Assembly: GCA_039802865.1 (NCBI GenBank)
Contig: JBDRXL010000004.1
Coordinates: 3,768 to 67,767, forward strand
Length of the DNA stretch: 64,000 nucleotides
DNA from: a candidate division WOR-3 bacterium
GTDB lineage: Bacteria; Hydrothermota; Hydrothermia; LBFQ01; DSFT01
Direction: 5' to 3'
The position numbers were made by a program, and so were the translations under genes. This document shows, piece by piece, positions 49,843 to 59,802 of this stretch; within the stretch, counting starts at the first letter, position 1; each line of letters opens with the position of its first letter. The notes below the pieces were generated by a model. That model ran no database searches. It saw only the letters and a program-made list of their open reading frames with translations, and had not been told where the DNA came from.

Positions 49843-50508
49843 TTAAAACTCCTTTGATATTACAACTACAAATTCCCCCTTTTCCTTTATTTTATCTTTA
49901 ACTTCACTTAAATTTCCATATATATACTCTTCAAAAGCTTTTGTCATTTCCCTTGCTATAAAAACTTTTCTATTTCCAAAAACTTCTAAAATTTCCTCTA
50001 AAAATTCTTTAATTTTATAAACTGAAACATAAATTACAATAGAACCTTCAAAATTTTTATATTTTAAAAGCTCATTTATTCTCTTACTTTTTTTCTTTGG
50101 TAAAAATCCCAAAAATAAAAATTTATCAGTTTCAAGACCACTAACACTTAAAGCAGAAATAACCGCAGAAGGTCCAGGAATAGGTATAACTTCTATATTA
50201 TTTTCTCTACAGGTTCTTACCAATCTATATCCAGGGTCTGAAATTAAAGGAGTTCCAGCATCTGATATTAAACCTATATTTTTTCCTTCTTCTAATAGTT
50301 TTAATACTTCTTTTACTCTTCTTTGTTCATTTCCTTCAAAATATGATAACAACTTTTTATTCTTTATATCATAATAATCTAATAAAATTTTCGCTCTTCT
50401 TGTATCTTCACATAAAATTATATCTACAAACTTTAATGTTTCAATTGCCCTTATTGTAATATCCTTTAAATTCCCAATTGGTGTAGCAATGATAAATAAT
50501 TTCCCCAT
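49843..50508 (-). CDS. rsmI: 16S rRNA (cytidine1402-2'-O)-methyltransferase RsmI
   Basis: MGKLFIIATPIGNLKDITIRAIETLKFVDIILCEDTRRAKILL, a tetrapyrrole-methylase-fold RsmI signature. Confidence 0.85.
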   Translation of the reverse strand: MGKLFIIATPIGNLKDITIRAIETLKFVDIILCEDTRRAKILLDYYDIKNKKLLSYFEGNEQRRVKEVLKLLEEGKNIGLISDAGTPLISDPGYRLVRTCRENNIEVIPIPGPSAVISALSVSGLETDKFLFLGFLPKKKSKRINELLKYKNFEGSIVIYVSVYKIKEFLEEILEVFGNRKVFIAREMTKAFEEYIYGNLSEVKDKIKEKGEFVVVISKEF

Positions 50509-50511
50509 CGC

Positions 50512-50527
50512 AAGCTTTATAATTTTA
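50512..50527. promoter_or_regulatory. AGCTTTATAATTTTAG element in the 24-bp divergent rsmI/50533 intergenic region (contains a perfect TATAAT)
   Basis: Reads GCTTTATAATTTTAGGGCT-ATG toward 50533 and CCCTAAAATTATAAAGCTTGCG-ATG toward rsmI. Confidence 0.45.
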
Positions 50528-50532
50528 GGGCT

Positions 50533-52005
50533 ATGTTATATATCTTCTTTAATTGGATTGTTAGAATAGATGGAAGCATAGATACACTTGATAGATGTTA
50601 TAGTTTAGAAATAATTAACAATGATGTAATAATTGGTGGGAATTATGGGAATAATCTATTTTTAGCAAAATTAAATGGAAATGATGGAAGTATTATTTGG
50701 CAGAAAATTTTAAGTTTTAGTGGATATGGTAGAAATAATATAAAAGCTATAAGAATTGACCCTTTGGATAATAATATAGCGGTAGCTGGAACAGTTTATC
50801 CATTTTCAAATAGTTCAACACCTTGTGGATATGTTGCAAAATTTAGAAGTGATAACGGAAATTTGATATGGCAATATATAGACCAAGATAATCAAAGTTG
50901 TTCAAATGGGGGATTTATTAGCTCAGAAAGATATGGATTTTCTGATTTAATAATTGGACCCGATAATAATTATTATGCGGTAGGAAGTGATTTTGAAATT
51001 TGGTTTGATGGAGCTTTTAGTAATTCAGCAAGATATATTGTAAAGGTAAATAGAAACACAGGTCAAAGAATTTTTAGAAATAGTCCAGGAGGATTTATGT
51101 ATAAAAAAATAAAATCAATTGATAATAGCTCAGTTATAGCGGTTGGGCATGGAGATAGAGGTGAAGTTCAAAAATTTTCTATAAATGATGGTTCTATAAT
51201 TTGGTCAAATACATATTCAACAAGCTCAAGAATTTATGCAGTTGATAAATTAGCAAATGGAAATATCGTAGTTGGAGGATGGAAAAATGATGACTTTTAT
51301 GTAGGATTATTAAATAATAATGATGGTTCTATTCTTGCTGAATGGACAAAGAATGGAGCAGGAAATAGCTTGGATATTTTAAATAACTTGGTCTCAATTG
51401 GAAATGATATTTATGCAGTTGGATATTTAAATAATGGATTTACAGGTAATGATGCCTATATTGTAAAGCTAAATCAATTATTAAATGTAGTATGGCAAAA
51501 AACATTAAATAACATTCCAAACTCAAATGATTATTTTCTTTCAATAAAAACAACATCAGATAATAAATTACTTGTAGGAGGAACATTAAGCTATTCAATT
51601 ACAGGAAATGACTTTGTTATTTACAAATTAGATCCTACGACAGGTGATACAATTTATACATTCAAATATGATTATAATGGTTTAATAGATATAGCATATG
51701 ACTTTAAGGATATAAATGATACCCTTTATGCTTGTGGTATTTCATATAGCACAACGAATAATGCTGATATAGTAGTTATAAAGTGGAATAAGCCCACTAA
51801 TATAGAAGAAAACATTGAAAGCAAAGAGTTTATTCAAAAATCTAATAAATTAAAATTCTTAAAAAATGGATTAGTAGAAATATATCATCCTGATGGGAAA
51901 GTTTATAAAAAATTGTTTGTAAAAGAAAATGAAGAAATGACAATAAAAAGAGGATTTTTTATAATGAAATTCAATTCTAAAACATATAAAATTATTATAA
52001 GATGA
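50533..52005 (+). CDS. Beta-propeller repeat protein (PQQ-like repeats) with T9SS C-terminal sorting domain; no canonical signal peptide
   Basis: Roughly 40-residue repeats each ending DGS(I/L)IW(Q/S). C-terminus ...RGFFIMKFNSKTYKIIIR. Confidence 0.45.
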   Translation: MLYIFFNWIVRIDGSIDTLDRCYSLEIINNDVIIGGNYGNNLFLAKLNGNDGSIIWQKILSFSGYGRNNIKAIRIDPLDNNIAVAGTVYPFSNSSTPCGYVAKFRSDNGNLIWQYIDQDNQSCSNGGFISSERYGFSDLIIGPDNNYYAVGSDFEIWFDGAFSNSARYIVKVNRNTGQRIFRNSPGGFMYKKIKSIDNSSVIAVGHGDRGEVQKFSINDGSIIWSNTYSTSSRIYAVDKLANGNIVVGGWKNDDFYVGLLNNNDGSILAEWTKNGAGNSLDILNNLVSIGNDIYAVGYLNNGFTGNDAYIVKLNQLLNVVWQKTLNNIPNSNDYFLSIKTTSDNKLLVGGTLSYSITGNDFVIYKLDPTTGDTIYTFKYDYNGLIDIAYDFKDINDTLYACGISYSTTNNADIVVIKWNKPTNIEENIESKEFIQKSNKLKFLKNGLVEIYHPDGKVYKKLFVKENEEMTIKRGFFIMKFNSKTYKIIIR

Positions 52006-53804
52006 GCACTATTTTAAATTTTTTAATTTCTTATAGTTGTGAATTGGTAATGGTTCCAATGAGGGATAGTGTTAAGTTAGCTACTGAAATTTGTAAGCCT
52101 TGGCCCTTTTTCCCACCATACTTAGTTATTCTTGTAAGAACACCATATGATAGAAATGGTGTTGGATTAAATTACTTTAAACCATTTATAACAGATTATA
52201 AAAGATATGTTTTAGTAATTCAAAGTTTAAGAGGATTCCAAGGAAGTGAAGGTAATCCTTCTGTATTTGCTACTGATGGTTGGGGTCAGCTTCAAGATGG
52301 CTATGATGCTATAAATTGGATAATAAGTCAAAGTTGGGCAAGAGATAGTGTTTGCGGTTCTTGGTTTTCCGCAATGGGTATAACTCAATACTTACTTTCT
52401 GGAACAGGACATCCTAATTATATATGTGCAGTTCCTTTTGTAGGTGCTCATAGTTTATATCATTATGCAGCATTTCAGGGAGGAGAATTTCGCAAACAAC
52501 TTGTTGAAAATTGGCTAAATGGCTTGAATGTTGGATATTTAATTGATTCTGTTGCTTCACATCCTTCCTATGATACATTTTGGAAATTTTTAAATCTTGA
52601 AGAAAGATTAAATTATGTAAAAATTCCTATGCTTCACTTTGGAGGATGGTTTGATATATTTATTGAAAGTCAAGTAGATATATTCAATAAATTGCATTTT
52701 TCTGGTATGCCAGGAGCAAAAAATAAACAAAAACTCATAATTGGTCCTTGGACTCATTTAGGGTTTGGACAAGCAAATCAAGGGGACCTAGTATTTCCAA
52801 ATGCAATTATAGATTTTCTAGACTTTGATAATGATTTTTATATGGCAATAGGGAGTTGGTATGATTGTCATTTAGCTGGAAAACAAAGTGCTTGTGATTA
52901 TATAAATAGTTTTCCACCTGTTAAATTTTATATTATTGGATTAAATGAATGGGCTTATTCTGACACATTTCCACCAAGAGGAATTTATTATAGGAATTTT
53001 TATTTAAGAAATGATGGTTCAATTTCACAAAACTATCCAACTGAAAATACAGGTTATTCACAATATATATATAATCCTTACGACCCAACACCAACCATTG
53101 GAGGAAATGAGTTATTAGACCCAACTCAAGCAGGTCCAAAAGATCAAAGTCCTTTAATAAATAGAAGCGATGTGATAGTATTTCAAACTCCACTCTTAAC
53201 TGATACATTATTAGTAATAGGGACAATTTATGCAAAACTATATATTTCATCTGATAGACTTGATACAGATTTTTCGGTTAGACTTGTAGATGTATTCCCA
53301 GATGGTAGGAAAATTTTAGTTACTGATGGTATAATAAAGGCAAGATATAGATATGGATTTGAGCAAGAAGTTTTATTAACACCTAATCAAATTGACTCAG
53401 TAATTGTAAGAGTTGGAACAACCGCCTGGGCATTCTTACCAGGACATAGACTTATGGTAATTATTTCATCTGCAAATTATCCAAGATTTGAGGCAAATCC
53501 AAATAATGGAGGACCATTTAAAAGGGATGATCCTAATAAACTTATAGCAACAAATAGAATTTATCATAATAGCCACTATCCTTCATATATAAGCCTTCCC
53601 ATATATCAAACTACTGATATTAAGGAAGCAAAGGAAGAAAAAATTTATTATATAAAAGGCAATAGGTTGTGCACTAAAAAAATGGCAAATTTATATTCTG
53701 CAAATGGACGCTTTTTGAAGAAAATAAATGGATGTGAAAAGTTAAATAAGGGGGTATATATTTTGAAAGTTAAAAACAAAACATATAAAGTAATAATGCT
53801 TTAA
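52002..53804 (+). CDS. CocE/NonD-family (S15, X-Pro dipeptidyl-peptidase-like) hydrolase with T9SS C-terminal sorting domain
   Basis: Alpha/beta-hydrolase core with the nucleophile elbow GSWFSAMG. The C-terminal beta-sandwich PDGRKILVTDGIIKARYRYG is typical of CocE/NonD. Tail ...KGVYILKVKNKTYKVIML. ATGA overlap with the previous cargo gene. Confidence 0.65.
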   Translation: MSTILNFLISYSCELVMVPMRDSVKLATEICKPWPFFPPYLVILVRTPYDRNGVGLNYFKPFITDYKRYVLVIQSLRGFQGSEGNPSVFATDGWGQLQDGYDAINWIISQSWARDSVCGSWFSAMGITQYLLSGTGHPNYICAVPFVGAHSLYHYAAFQGGEFRKQLVENWLNGLNVGYLIDSVASHPSYDTFWKFLNLEERLNYVKIPMLHFGGWFDIFIESQVDIFNKLHFSGMPGAKNKQKLIIGPWTHLGFGQANQGDLVFPNAIIDFLDFDNDFYMAIGSWYDCHLAGKQSACDYINSFPPVKFYIIGLNEWAYSDTFPPRGIYYRNFYLRNDGSISQNYPTENTGYSQYIYNPYDPTPTIGGNELLDPTQAGPKDQSPLINRSDVIVFQTPLLTDTLLVIGTIYAKLYISSDRLDTDFSVRLVDVFPDGRKILVTDGIIKARYRYGFEQEVLLTPNQIDSVIVRVGTTAWAFLPGHRLMVIISSANYPRFEANPNNGGPFKRDDPNKLIATNRIYHNSHYPSYISLPIYQTTDIKEAKEEKIYYIKGNRLCTKKMANLYSANGRFLKKINGCEKLNKGVYILKVKNKTYKVIML

Positions 53805-53814
53805 AATTTCAATT

Positions 53815-55290
53815 ATGATAAACAAACCAGAGGAATTTTTTATTAGATTAAAGAAAGTAGAAGAATTAAGAGAATTAGGAATTGAACCATACGCTTATAA
53901 ATTTCATAAAAATTTTAGTGCTAAATATCTAAAAGAAAATTTTGAAAAATTACAAAATGAAGAAATAAAATTTGCTGGAAGAATTATGAGTGTAAGGATT
54001 ATGGGTAAAGCCTTATTTGCAACATTAAGAGATGAAACAGAAGATATACAAATTTATATTAAAACAGGTGAAACTGAAAATCCATTTAATATAGATAATG
54101 TCGCGAAAGCATTTGACAAATACATTGATATTGGAGATATTATAGGAGTGGAAGGAAAATTATTTAAAACTCATACAGGAGAAATAACTATTTTTGTAAA
54201 AAAATTTCAAATACTTTCTAAATGTCTATTACCTCTTCCTGACAAATGGCATGGATTAAAAGATATAGAGCTTCAATATAGAGAAAGATATTTACATTTA
54301 ATTGTAGATAGAGAAGCAATCGAAACATTTAAAAAGAAATCCAAAATTATTAAATTAACAAGAGAATTTTTTGAAAATAACGGATTTATTGAAATAGATA
54401 CTCCAATTCTTCAACCAATATATGGAGGAGCAAATGCTACACCTTTTGAAACATATTCAAATGCCCTTGATACAAAATTATATTTAAGAATAGCCAATGA
54501 ATTATATTTAAAGCGATTAATTGTAGGAGGATATGAAAGAGTTTATGAAATAATAAAAAATTTTAGAAATGAAGGCATAGATAAAAGTCATTATCCTGAA
54601 TTTTTAGCCTTAGAAGCTTATTTAGCATATGCTGATTATTATGATATGATGGAAATTAGCGAAAATTACTTAAACTTTATTGTTAAAAATGTATTTAATA
54701 GTGAAGAAATTGAATATCAAGGAAATATAATATCATTTAAACTACCTTTTAAAAGAATCTCATATATAGAAGAGCTAAAAAATGCACTTGGATTTAATCC
54801 CATTGAAGCTGATATTGAATTTTTAAGAGAAAAGGCAAAAAGATATATTGAAAATGTTGAAAAAATGAGCAAAGGAAAAATTATAGATAAATTATTTGAT
54901 GAACTTATAGGGAAAAATTTAATTCAACCTACAATTGTAATGGATCACCCCATTGAAACTTCTCCACTTGCAAAAATTCATAGGAAATATAAGGATAGAG
55001 TTGAAAGATTTGAGATATATTTAGCAGGATTTGAAATTGTAAATGCATTTAGTGAGTTAAATGATCCTATTGAACAAAGAAAAAGATTTGAAGAACAAAT
55101 AAAATTAAGAGCAATGTATAACGATAAGGAACTACCAGAAGAAATAGATGAAGACTTTTTAAATGCTCTTGAATATGGTATGCCTCCTACGGGTGGATTA
55201 GGATTTGGGCTTGATAGAATTTGTATGATTTTATTAAATAAAACTTCAATAAGAGATGTTATTCCATTTCCTCAATTAAAACCTAAATGA
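53815..55290 (+). CDS. lysS: Lysine--tRNA ligase (class II)
   Basis: N-terminal OB-fold anticodon-binding domain and class II motifs 1-3 (FRNEG, GGLGFGLDR). The GCTTTAAAATTTCAATT element overlaps the stop codon of the upstream gene. Confidence 0.95.
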   Translation: MINKPEEFFIRLKKVEELRELGIEPYAYKFHKNFSAKYLKENFEKLQNEEIKFAGRIMSVRIMGKALFATLRDETEDIQIYIKTGETENPFNIDNVAKAFDKYIDIGDIIGVEGKLFKTHTGEITIFVKKFQILSKCLLPLPDKWHGLKDIELQYRERYLHLIVDREAIETFKKKSKIIKLTREFFENNGFIEIDTPILQPIYGGANATPFETYSNALDTKLYLRIANELYLKRLIVGGYERVYEIIKNFRNEGIDKSHYPEFLALEAYLAYADYYDMMEISENYLNFIVKNVFNSEEIEYQGNIISFKLPFKRISYIEELKNALGFNPIEADIEFLREKAKRYIENVEKMSKGKIIDKLFDELIGKNLIQPTIVMDHPIETSPLAKIHRKYKDRVERFEIYLAGFEIVNAFSELNDPIEQRKRFEEQIKLRAMYNDKELPEEIDEDFLNALEYGMPPTGGLGFGLDRICMILLNKTSIRDVIPFPQLKPK

Positions 55291-55886
55291 TTTTAAACTT
55301 AAAATTGGACATATTTAGTAAGTTTGAAGATAATGAATTTATTATAAAAAATGATGAAGTTGGAATATTTTTATTTATAAATGGGAAAAATTACATAATT
55401 GGAAAGTTTTCAAAAACTTATAACTTATTTTCTATTTTAAATGAACTATTTGAACTTTATGAAGAAATTGAAATTTTTGATAGTTATGAAATTAGCCAAG
55501 AAATTATAGAATTTATAAAAAATTCAGAAGAAGGAACATATATTAAAAACGGAGAAATTTTCAAAATGGAAATTCCTAAAATGGAATTAAAATTGAACTT
55601 TAATTATAGAGTTCAAATTCTTTGTGGAAATGATACCGCCCATATTTATGTTGAAGAACCCCTTGACTTAAACTTTAAAGAGTTAATGAATAGTTTTAAA
55701 AACTGCCAAGTTTATATAAATCCCATAAGCTTAAATGTAAAGTGTAATGAAACATCAATTATTTTATTTAAAGATGGAAAAGCAATTATTAGAGAAAAGG
55801 ATATAAGCATAGAAAGAGCAAAACAAATATATGAAAAAATAATTTTTAAGAACTTTTGCTTTAAAATTTTAAATGAAACACTTTGA
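55287..55886 (+). CDS. Hypothetical protein
   Basis: 199 aa with no recognisable motifs. Translationally coupled (ATGA) to lysS. Confidence 0.3.
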   Translation: MILNLKLDIFSKFEDNEFIIKNDEVGIFLFINGKNYIIGKFSKTYNLFSILNELFELYEEIEIFDSYEISQEIIEFIKNSEEGTYIKNGEIFKMEIPKMELKLNFNYRVQILCGNDTAHIYVEEPLDLNFKELMNSFKNCQVYINPISLNVKCNETSIILFKDGKAIIREKDISIERAKQIYEKIIFKNFCFKILNETL

Positions 55887-56514
55887 AATTATAATATTGT
55901 TAATACCATTAATTTCCTTTATTATTGGAGTTTTCTTTTATCCATATATGCCAGAGAAAATCGAAATACATTGGAATACAAACTTTCAAGTAGATCAGTA
56001 TGTATCAAAGTTCTGGGGTTTGTTTTCACTTCCTATCACACTTTTATTACTTAGTTTCCTTTTTATAATCATTCCAAAAGTTGATCCATTAAGGGAGAAT
56101 TATAAAAAGTTTGAAAAATACTATAAAGGTTTTTGTTTTCTAATTCTAATTTTTTTATTTTTAACCTATTTATGGTTAATTGCTTGGAATATTGGTATAA
56201 GAATAATAAGCTTAAGTGCTTTTCTCTCAATTAGTCTTGGAATAATATCCTTTTATCTTGGTATTCTTTTAGAAAATGTAAAACAAAATTGGTTTATAGG
56301 AATTAGAACCCCTTGGACTTTAAGCAATGAAAAAGTTTGGGATAAAACTAATAAAACTGCTGGGAAATTATTTAAATTTTCATCAATAATAATTTTTCTT
56401 GGTGTAATTTTTCCAAAATATCTAATTTTTTTAATTGTAATTTTAGCAATTTTAATTAGCGTTTATTCAATCATTTACTCCTACCTTCTATATCAAAAAA
56501 TTACTAACCTTTAA
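55873..56514 (+). CDS. SdpI/YhfL-family membrane protein
   Basis: Multi-TM with the family signature NWFIGIRTPWTLSNEKVW. Confidence 0.5.
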   Translation: MKHFEIIILLIPLISFIIGVFFYPYMPEKIEIHWNTNFQVDQYVSKFWGLFSLPITLLLLSFLFIIIPKVDPLRENYKKFEKYYKGFCFLILIFLFLTYLWLIAWNIGIRIISLSAFLSISLGIISFYLGILLENVKQNWFIGIRTPWTLSNEKVWDKTNKTAGKLFKFSSIIIFLGVIFPKYLIFLIVILAILISVYSIIYSYLLYQKITNL

Positions 56515-58486
56515 TATTTTCCCAAACAAGCACAGCAATATCCTTAACATTTATATTAACATTTTTCCTATTAACACCATCAGATATCATAACATTACAA
56601 AATGGACAAGATACAGAAATCATATGTGGTTCCTTATTTAACAATTCCTCAACTCTTTCTATATTTATTCTCTTTCCAATTTTCTCCTCCATCCACATTC
56701 TACCTCCCCCTGCTCCACAACAAAAGCTATTATCTTTACTTCTATCTGCCTCTATTAAATTTCCAATATAATTTATAATTTCTCTTGGTTGCTCAATTAT
56801 ATTATTATGCCTTGATAAATAGCAAGGGTCATGATAAATAATTTTTTGAGCATTTTTATTTAGTTTAATTTTCCCTTCTTTTATGAGATTTAATATAATT
56901 TCAGAATGATGATAAACCTCTACATTTAAACCAAAGGATGTATATTCATTTTTTATAGTATTATAGCAGTGGGGACAAATTGTAATAATTTTTTTAATAG
57001 AGTATTTTTGAAATGTTTGAATATTTTCAAATGCAAGTGTTTGAAATAAAAATTCATTACCTGTTCTTCTTGCACTATCACCAGTGCATTTTTCCTCATC
57101 TCCAAGAACAGCAAATTTAACATTAGCCTTATTTAATATATTAACTAATGCCTTAATTGTATTTTGAGCCTTGTTATCATAAACCCCAGCACATCCCATC
57201 CACAATAAATATTCAAACTCATATTTTGGATTTTCTTTTAAAATTACTACATTTAATTCCTTAGCAAATTTATATCTTTCATTCTTTGGAGCATTCCAGG
57301 GATTAAATTGATTTTCCATCCCTTTATAACTATTATTTAAACTACTTGGATAAATTCCATTTTCAAAAAGTCCCCTTCTATAATTTATTATTAAATCTAA
57401 TTGATTTATACCTACGGGACAACTATGAACACAAGCTCCACAACTTGTGCAAGACCAAACTGCATCTTCACCCACTACTAATCCTAATAATTTATCTTCC
57501 TTTGTTTCTAAGTATTCAAAAGCATAATCCCTTGTATCAAGAACAATTTTCTTAGGGTCTAAGGGCTTTCCTGTTGCATAAGCAGGACAAACACTTGTGC
57601 ACCTTCCACATATAGTGCAAGCATCTACCATTAATAATTTATACCAAGGCAAATCCTTTAAATAATGATAACCTGTCTTTATCTCCTCTTCACTTACATT
57701 TTCATTACTTAATAACTCAATTAAATTCTTATTTACATCATGTTTTGCACTTAGCTCCTTTTTATAAAAAATCAAATTTAATGTAGAGCTAAATATATGA
57801 AATAATTTTGAATAGGGAATATATCCAATAAATATCATTGTAGTCCAAGCATGAATATTCCAAATAATTTTATGCCAAAATGAAATTTCATATTCTGATA
57901 AATTATAAAACAATAAATGAGATAAAAAATAGCCAAAAAATGAAAATTTTTCAAATTCTGGCTTAAAGTAAGCAATCCTTAATGCTTCTAATAAAAATCC
58001 TTCAATAGCCAAAATTAGCAATAAAATTAAAATTACATTATCTTCAAATATATTTCTTAAAAATGTTGGAAGGAAGAAAGCTCTTCTTAATAATGCTAAA
58101 ATAATTCCAAAAATTAAGAAAACACCTGCTAAATCTGAAATAAATGATAAAAATAAATAAAAATCTCCATAAATAAACTTAATTCCTAAATCCATTTGAA
58201 TACCAACAAGAATTGTAGTTATTGTTAAAATAATCATAGCCCAAAATATAGGAACATGTGAAAACAAACCAAATTTCCTTTTAGAAACCTTATATTGAAA
58301 TAAAACATTTTTTATAAATGAGCCTATATTTAAACTTATTCTCTCTTTCTTACCAAGAGCCCAAATCCTAAAATGTCTATAAAATCCATATATAAAAAAA
58401 GCAAGAGAAATTATAAAAGTTATATACATTAGAGCAAATTCAAAGTGAGATATATTCCATCCAAGTGGTCTTGTAATTTGCTCCAT
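56504..58486 (-). CDS. Membrane-bound Fe-S oxidoreductase: NarI/HdrE-like heme-b membrane domain fused to HdrD/GlpC-like 2x[4Fe-4S] plus CCG domains
   Basis: About 5 N-terminal TM helices, ferredoxin motifs CTICGRCTSVCP and CTSCGACVHSCP, and cysteine-rich CCG-type repeats (CxxCxxCxxxC, CCGAGGG). Confidence 0.6.
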   Translation of the reverse strand: MEQITRPLGWNISHFEFALMYITFIISLAFFIYGFYRHFRIWALGKKERISLNIGSFIKNVLFQYKVSKRKFGLFSHVPIFWAMIILTITTILVGIQMDLGIKFIYGDFYLFLSFISDLAGVFLIFGIILALLRRAFFLPTFLRNIFEDNVILILLLILAIEGFLLEALRIAYFKPEFEKFSFFGYFLSHLLFYNLSEYEISFWHKIIWNIHAWTTMIFIGYIPYSKLFHIFSSTLNLIFYKKELSAKHDVNKNLIELLSNENVSEEEIKTGYHYLKDLPWYKLLMVDACTICGRCTSVCPAYATGKPLDPKKIVLDTRDYAFEYLETKEDKLLGLVVGEDAVWSCTSCGACVHSCPVGINQLDLIINYRRGLFENGIYPSSLNNSYKGMENQFNPWNAPKNERYKFAKELNVVILKENPKYEFEYLLWMGCAGVYDNKAQNTIKALVNILNKANVKFAVLGDEEKCTGDSARRTGNEFLFQTLAFENIQTFQKYSIKKIITICPHCYNTIKNEYTSFGLNVEVYHHSEIILNLIKEGKIKLNKNAQKIIYHDPCYLSRHNNIIEQPREIINYIGNLIEADRSKDNSFCCGAGGGRMWMEEKIGKRINIERVEELLNKEPHMISVSCPFCNVMISDGVNRKNVNINVKDIAVLVWENIKG

Positions 58487-58490
58487 ATTG

Positions 58491-58515
58491 TAAATTTTAA
58501 AGCTTTAAAATTTTA
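58491..58515. promoter_or_regulatory. Overlapping double palindrome TAAATTTTAAAGCTTTAAAATTTTA filling the 32-bp divergent intergenic region
   Basis: Minus reading is GCTTTAAAATTTACAAT-ATG (56504..58486). Plus reading is GCTTTAAAATTTTAACT-ATG (58519). Confidence 0.55.
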
Positions 58516-58518
58516 ACT

Positions 58519-59802
58519 ATGAAAATTTCTGTATCAGGAATTAGAGGAGTTTATCCTACACAAATGAATCCTTATAGTGCTTTAATTTGGACAAATGCAT
58601 TTTGTAATTTCTTAGAAGGAAAAAATATTATTATATCAAGAGATACAAGATATTCTGGAAAAGTTTTATATCCAATTGTTTTAAATACTGCACTCTCTAC
58701 TTGTAAAAATGTTTATTCACTTTCAATATGCCCAACACCAACAAGCTTATTTATAATAAAAGAACTAAATTTAGATGGTGGAATCATAATAACTGCAAGC
58801 CATAATCCAAGCGAATATAATGCATTAAAATTAGCTATAAAAAATAGATTTTTATTTGAAGAAGAGCTTGAAAAATTAAAAGAAAAATTGAATAATTTAG
58901 AATTTAGTAGTTGTATAGGAGAAGTAATTTATGCAGAAAATAGTTATAAAATTCATCTTGATAAAATTGTAGATTTTGTAGGTTTTAAATTATATAATAG
59001 TTCAATGAAAGTTGCTATTGATTGTGTGAATGGTGCTGGATATAAAGCATTTCCAGAGCTTCTTGAAAAATTTGGAATTAAAAATATTATTAAAATTAAT
59101 TGTGATAATTCTGGTATTTTTACAAGAAATCCAGAACCGAGAAAGGAACATTTAAAACATTTAGAACAATTACTAAATGAATGTGATTTAGTATTTGCAA
59201 CTGACCCTGATGGAGATAGATTATTATTTGGGGTTAAAAATTATGGTTTGCTTTCAGAAGAATATACCCTCTTAATTGGAATTTCTGAAATTCTTGAAAG
59301 GAAAAAAGGAGATATTGTTGTTAATTATTCTACAACAATGCTTGTTGAATTTATAGCTAAAAAATACAATGTTAATGTTATTCGCTCAAAAGTTGGTGAA
59401 GCAAATGTTCTTAAAAAAATTTATCAAACAAATAGTATTGTAGGTGGGGAAGGGAATGGTGGGGTTATATATCCTGCCTTTAATGAAACAAGAGATGGGC
59501 TTCTTTCAATGGGTTTAATTTTAAATAGTTATATTGAAGGGAGAATTTTTAAAATTTTAGATGAATTACCAAAAACATATTTTATAAAGGAAAAGGTAGA
59601 AAATTTTGAATTTGAAAAAATTAAAGAGATTTTTTTAAATGAATTTGGGGATTTTGAAAAGAATTTTGAAGATGGCTTATATTTAAGAAAAAATAATAGC
59701 TGGATACATATAAGAGCATCAAATACAGAACCAATTATTAGAGTTTATGCAGAAAGCCTTGAAAAAGAATTTGTAGATTATGTTAAAAGTTTAATAAAAT
59801 GA
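58519..59802 (+). CDS. Phosphohexomutase (phosphoglucosamine/phosphomannomutase family)
   Basis: Active-site TASHNPSEYNALK (phosphoserine loop), metal-binding TDPDGDR and sugar-binding GGEGNGG. Confidence 0.8.
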   Translation: MKISVSGIRGVYPTQMNPYSALIWTNAFCNFLEGKNIIISRDTRYSGKVLYPIVLNTALSTCKNVYSLSICPTPTSLFIIKELNLDGGIIITASHNPSEYNALKLAIKNRFLFEEELEKLKEKLNNLEFSSCIGEVIYAENSYKIHLDKIVDFVGFKLYNSSMKVAIDCVNGAGYKAFPELLEKFGIKNIIKINCDNSGIFTRNPEPRKEHLKHLEQLLNECDLVFATDPDGDRLLFGVKNYGLLSEEYTLLIGISEILERKKGDIVVNYSTTMLVEFIAKKYNVNVIRSKVGEANVLKKIYQTNSIVGGEGNGGVIYPAFNETRDGLLSMGLILNSYIEGRIFKILDELPKTYFIKEKVENFEFEKIKEIFLNEFGDFEKNFEDGLYLRKNNSWIHIRASNTEPIIRVYAESLEKEFVDYVKSLIK

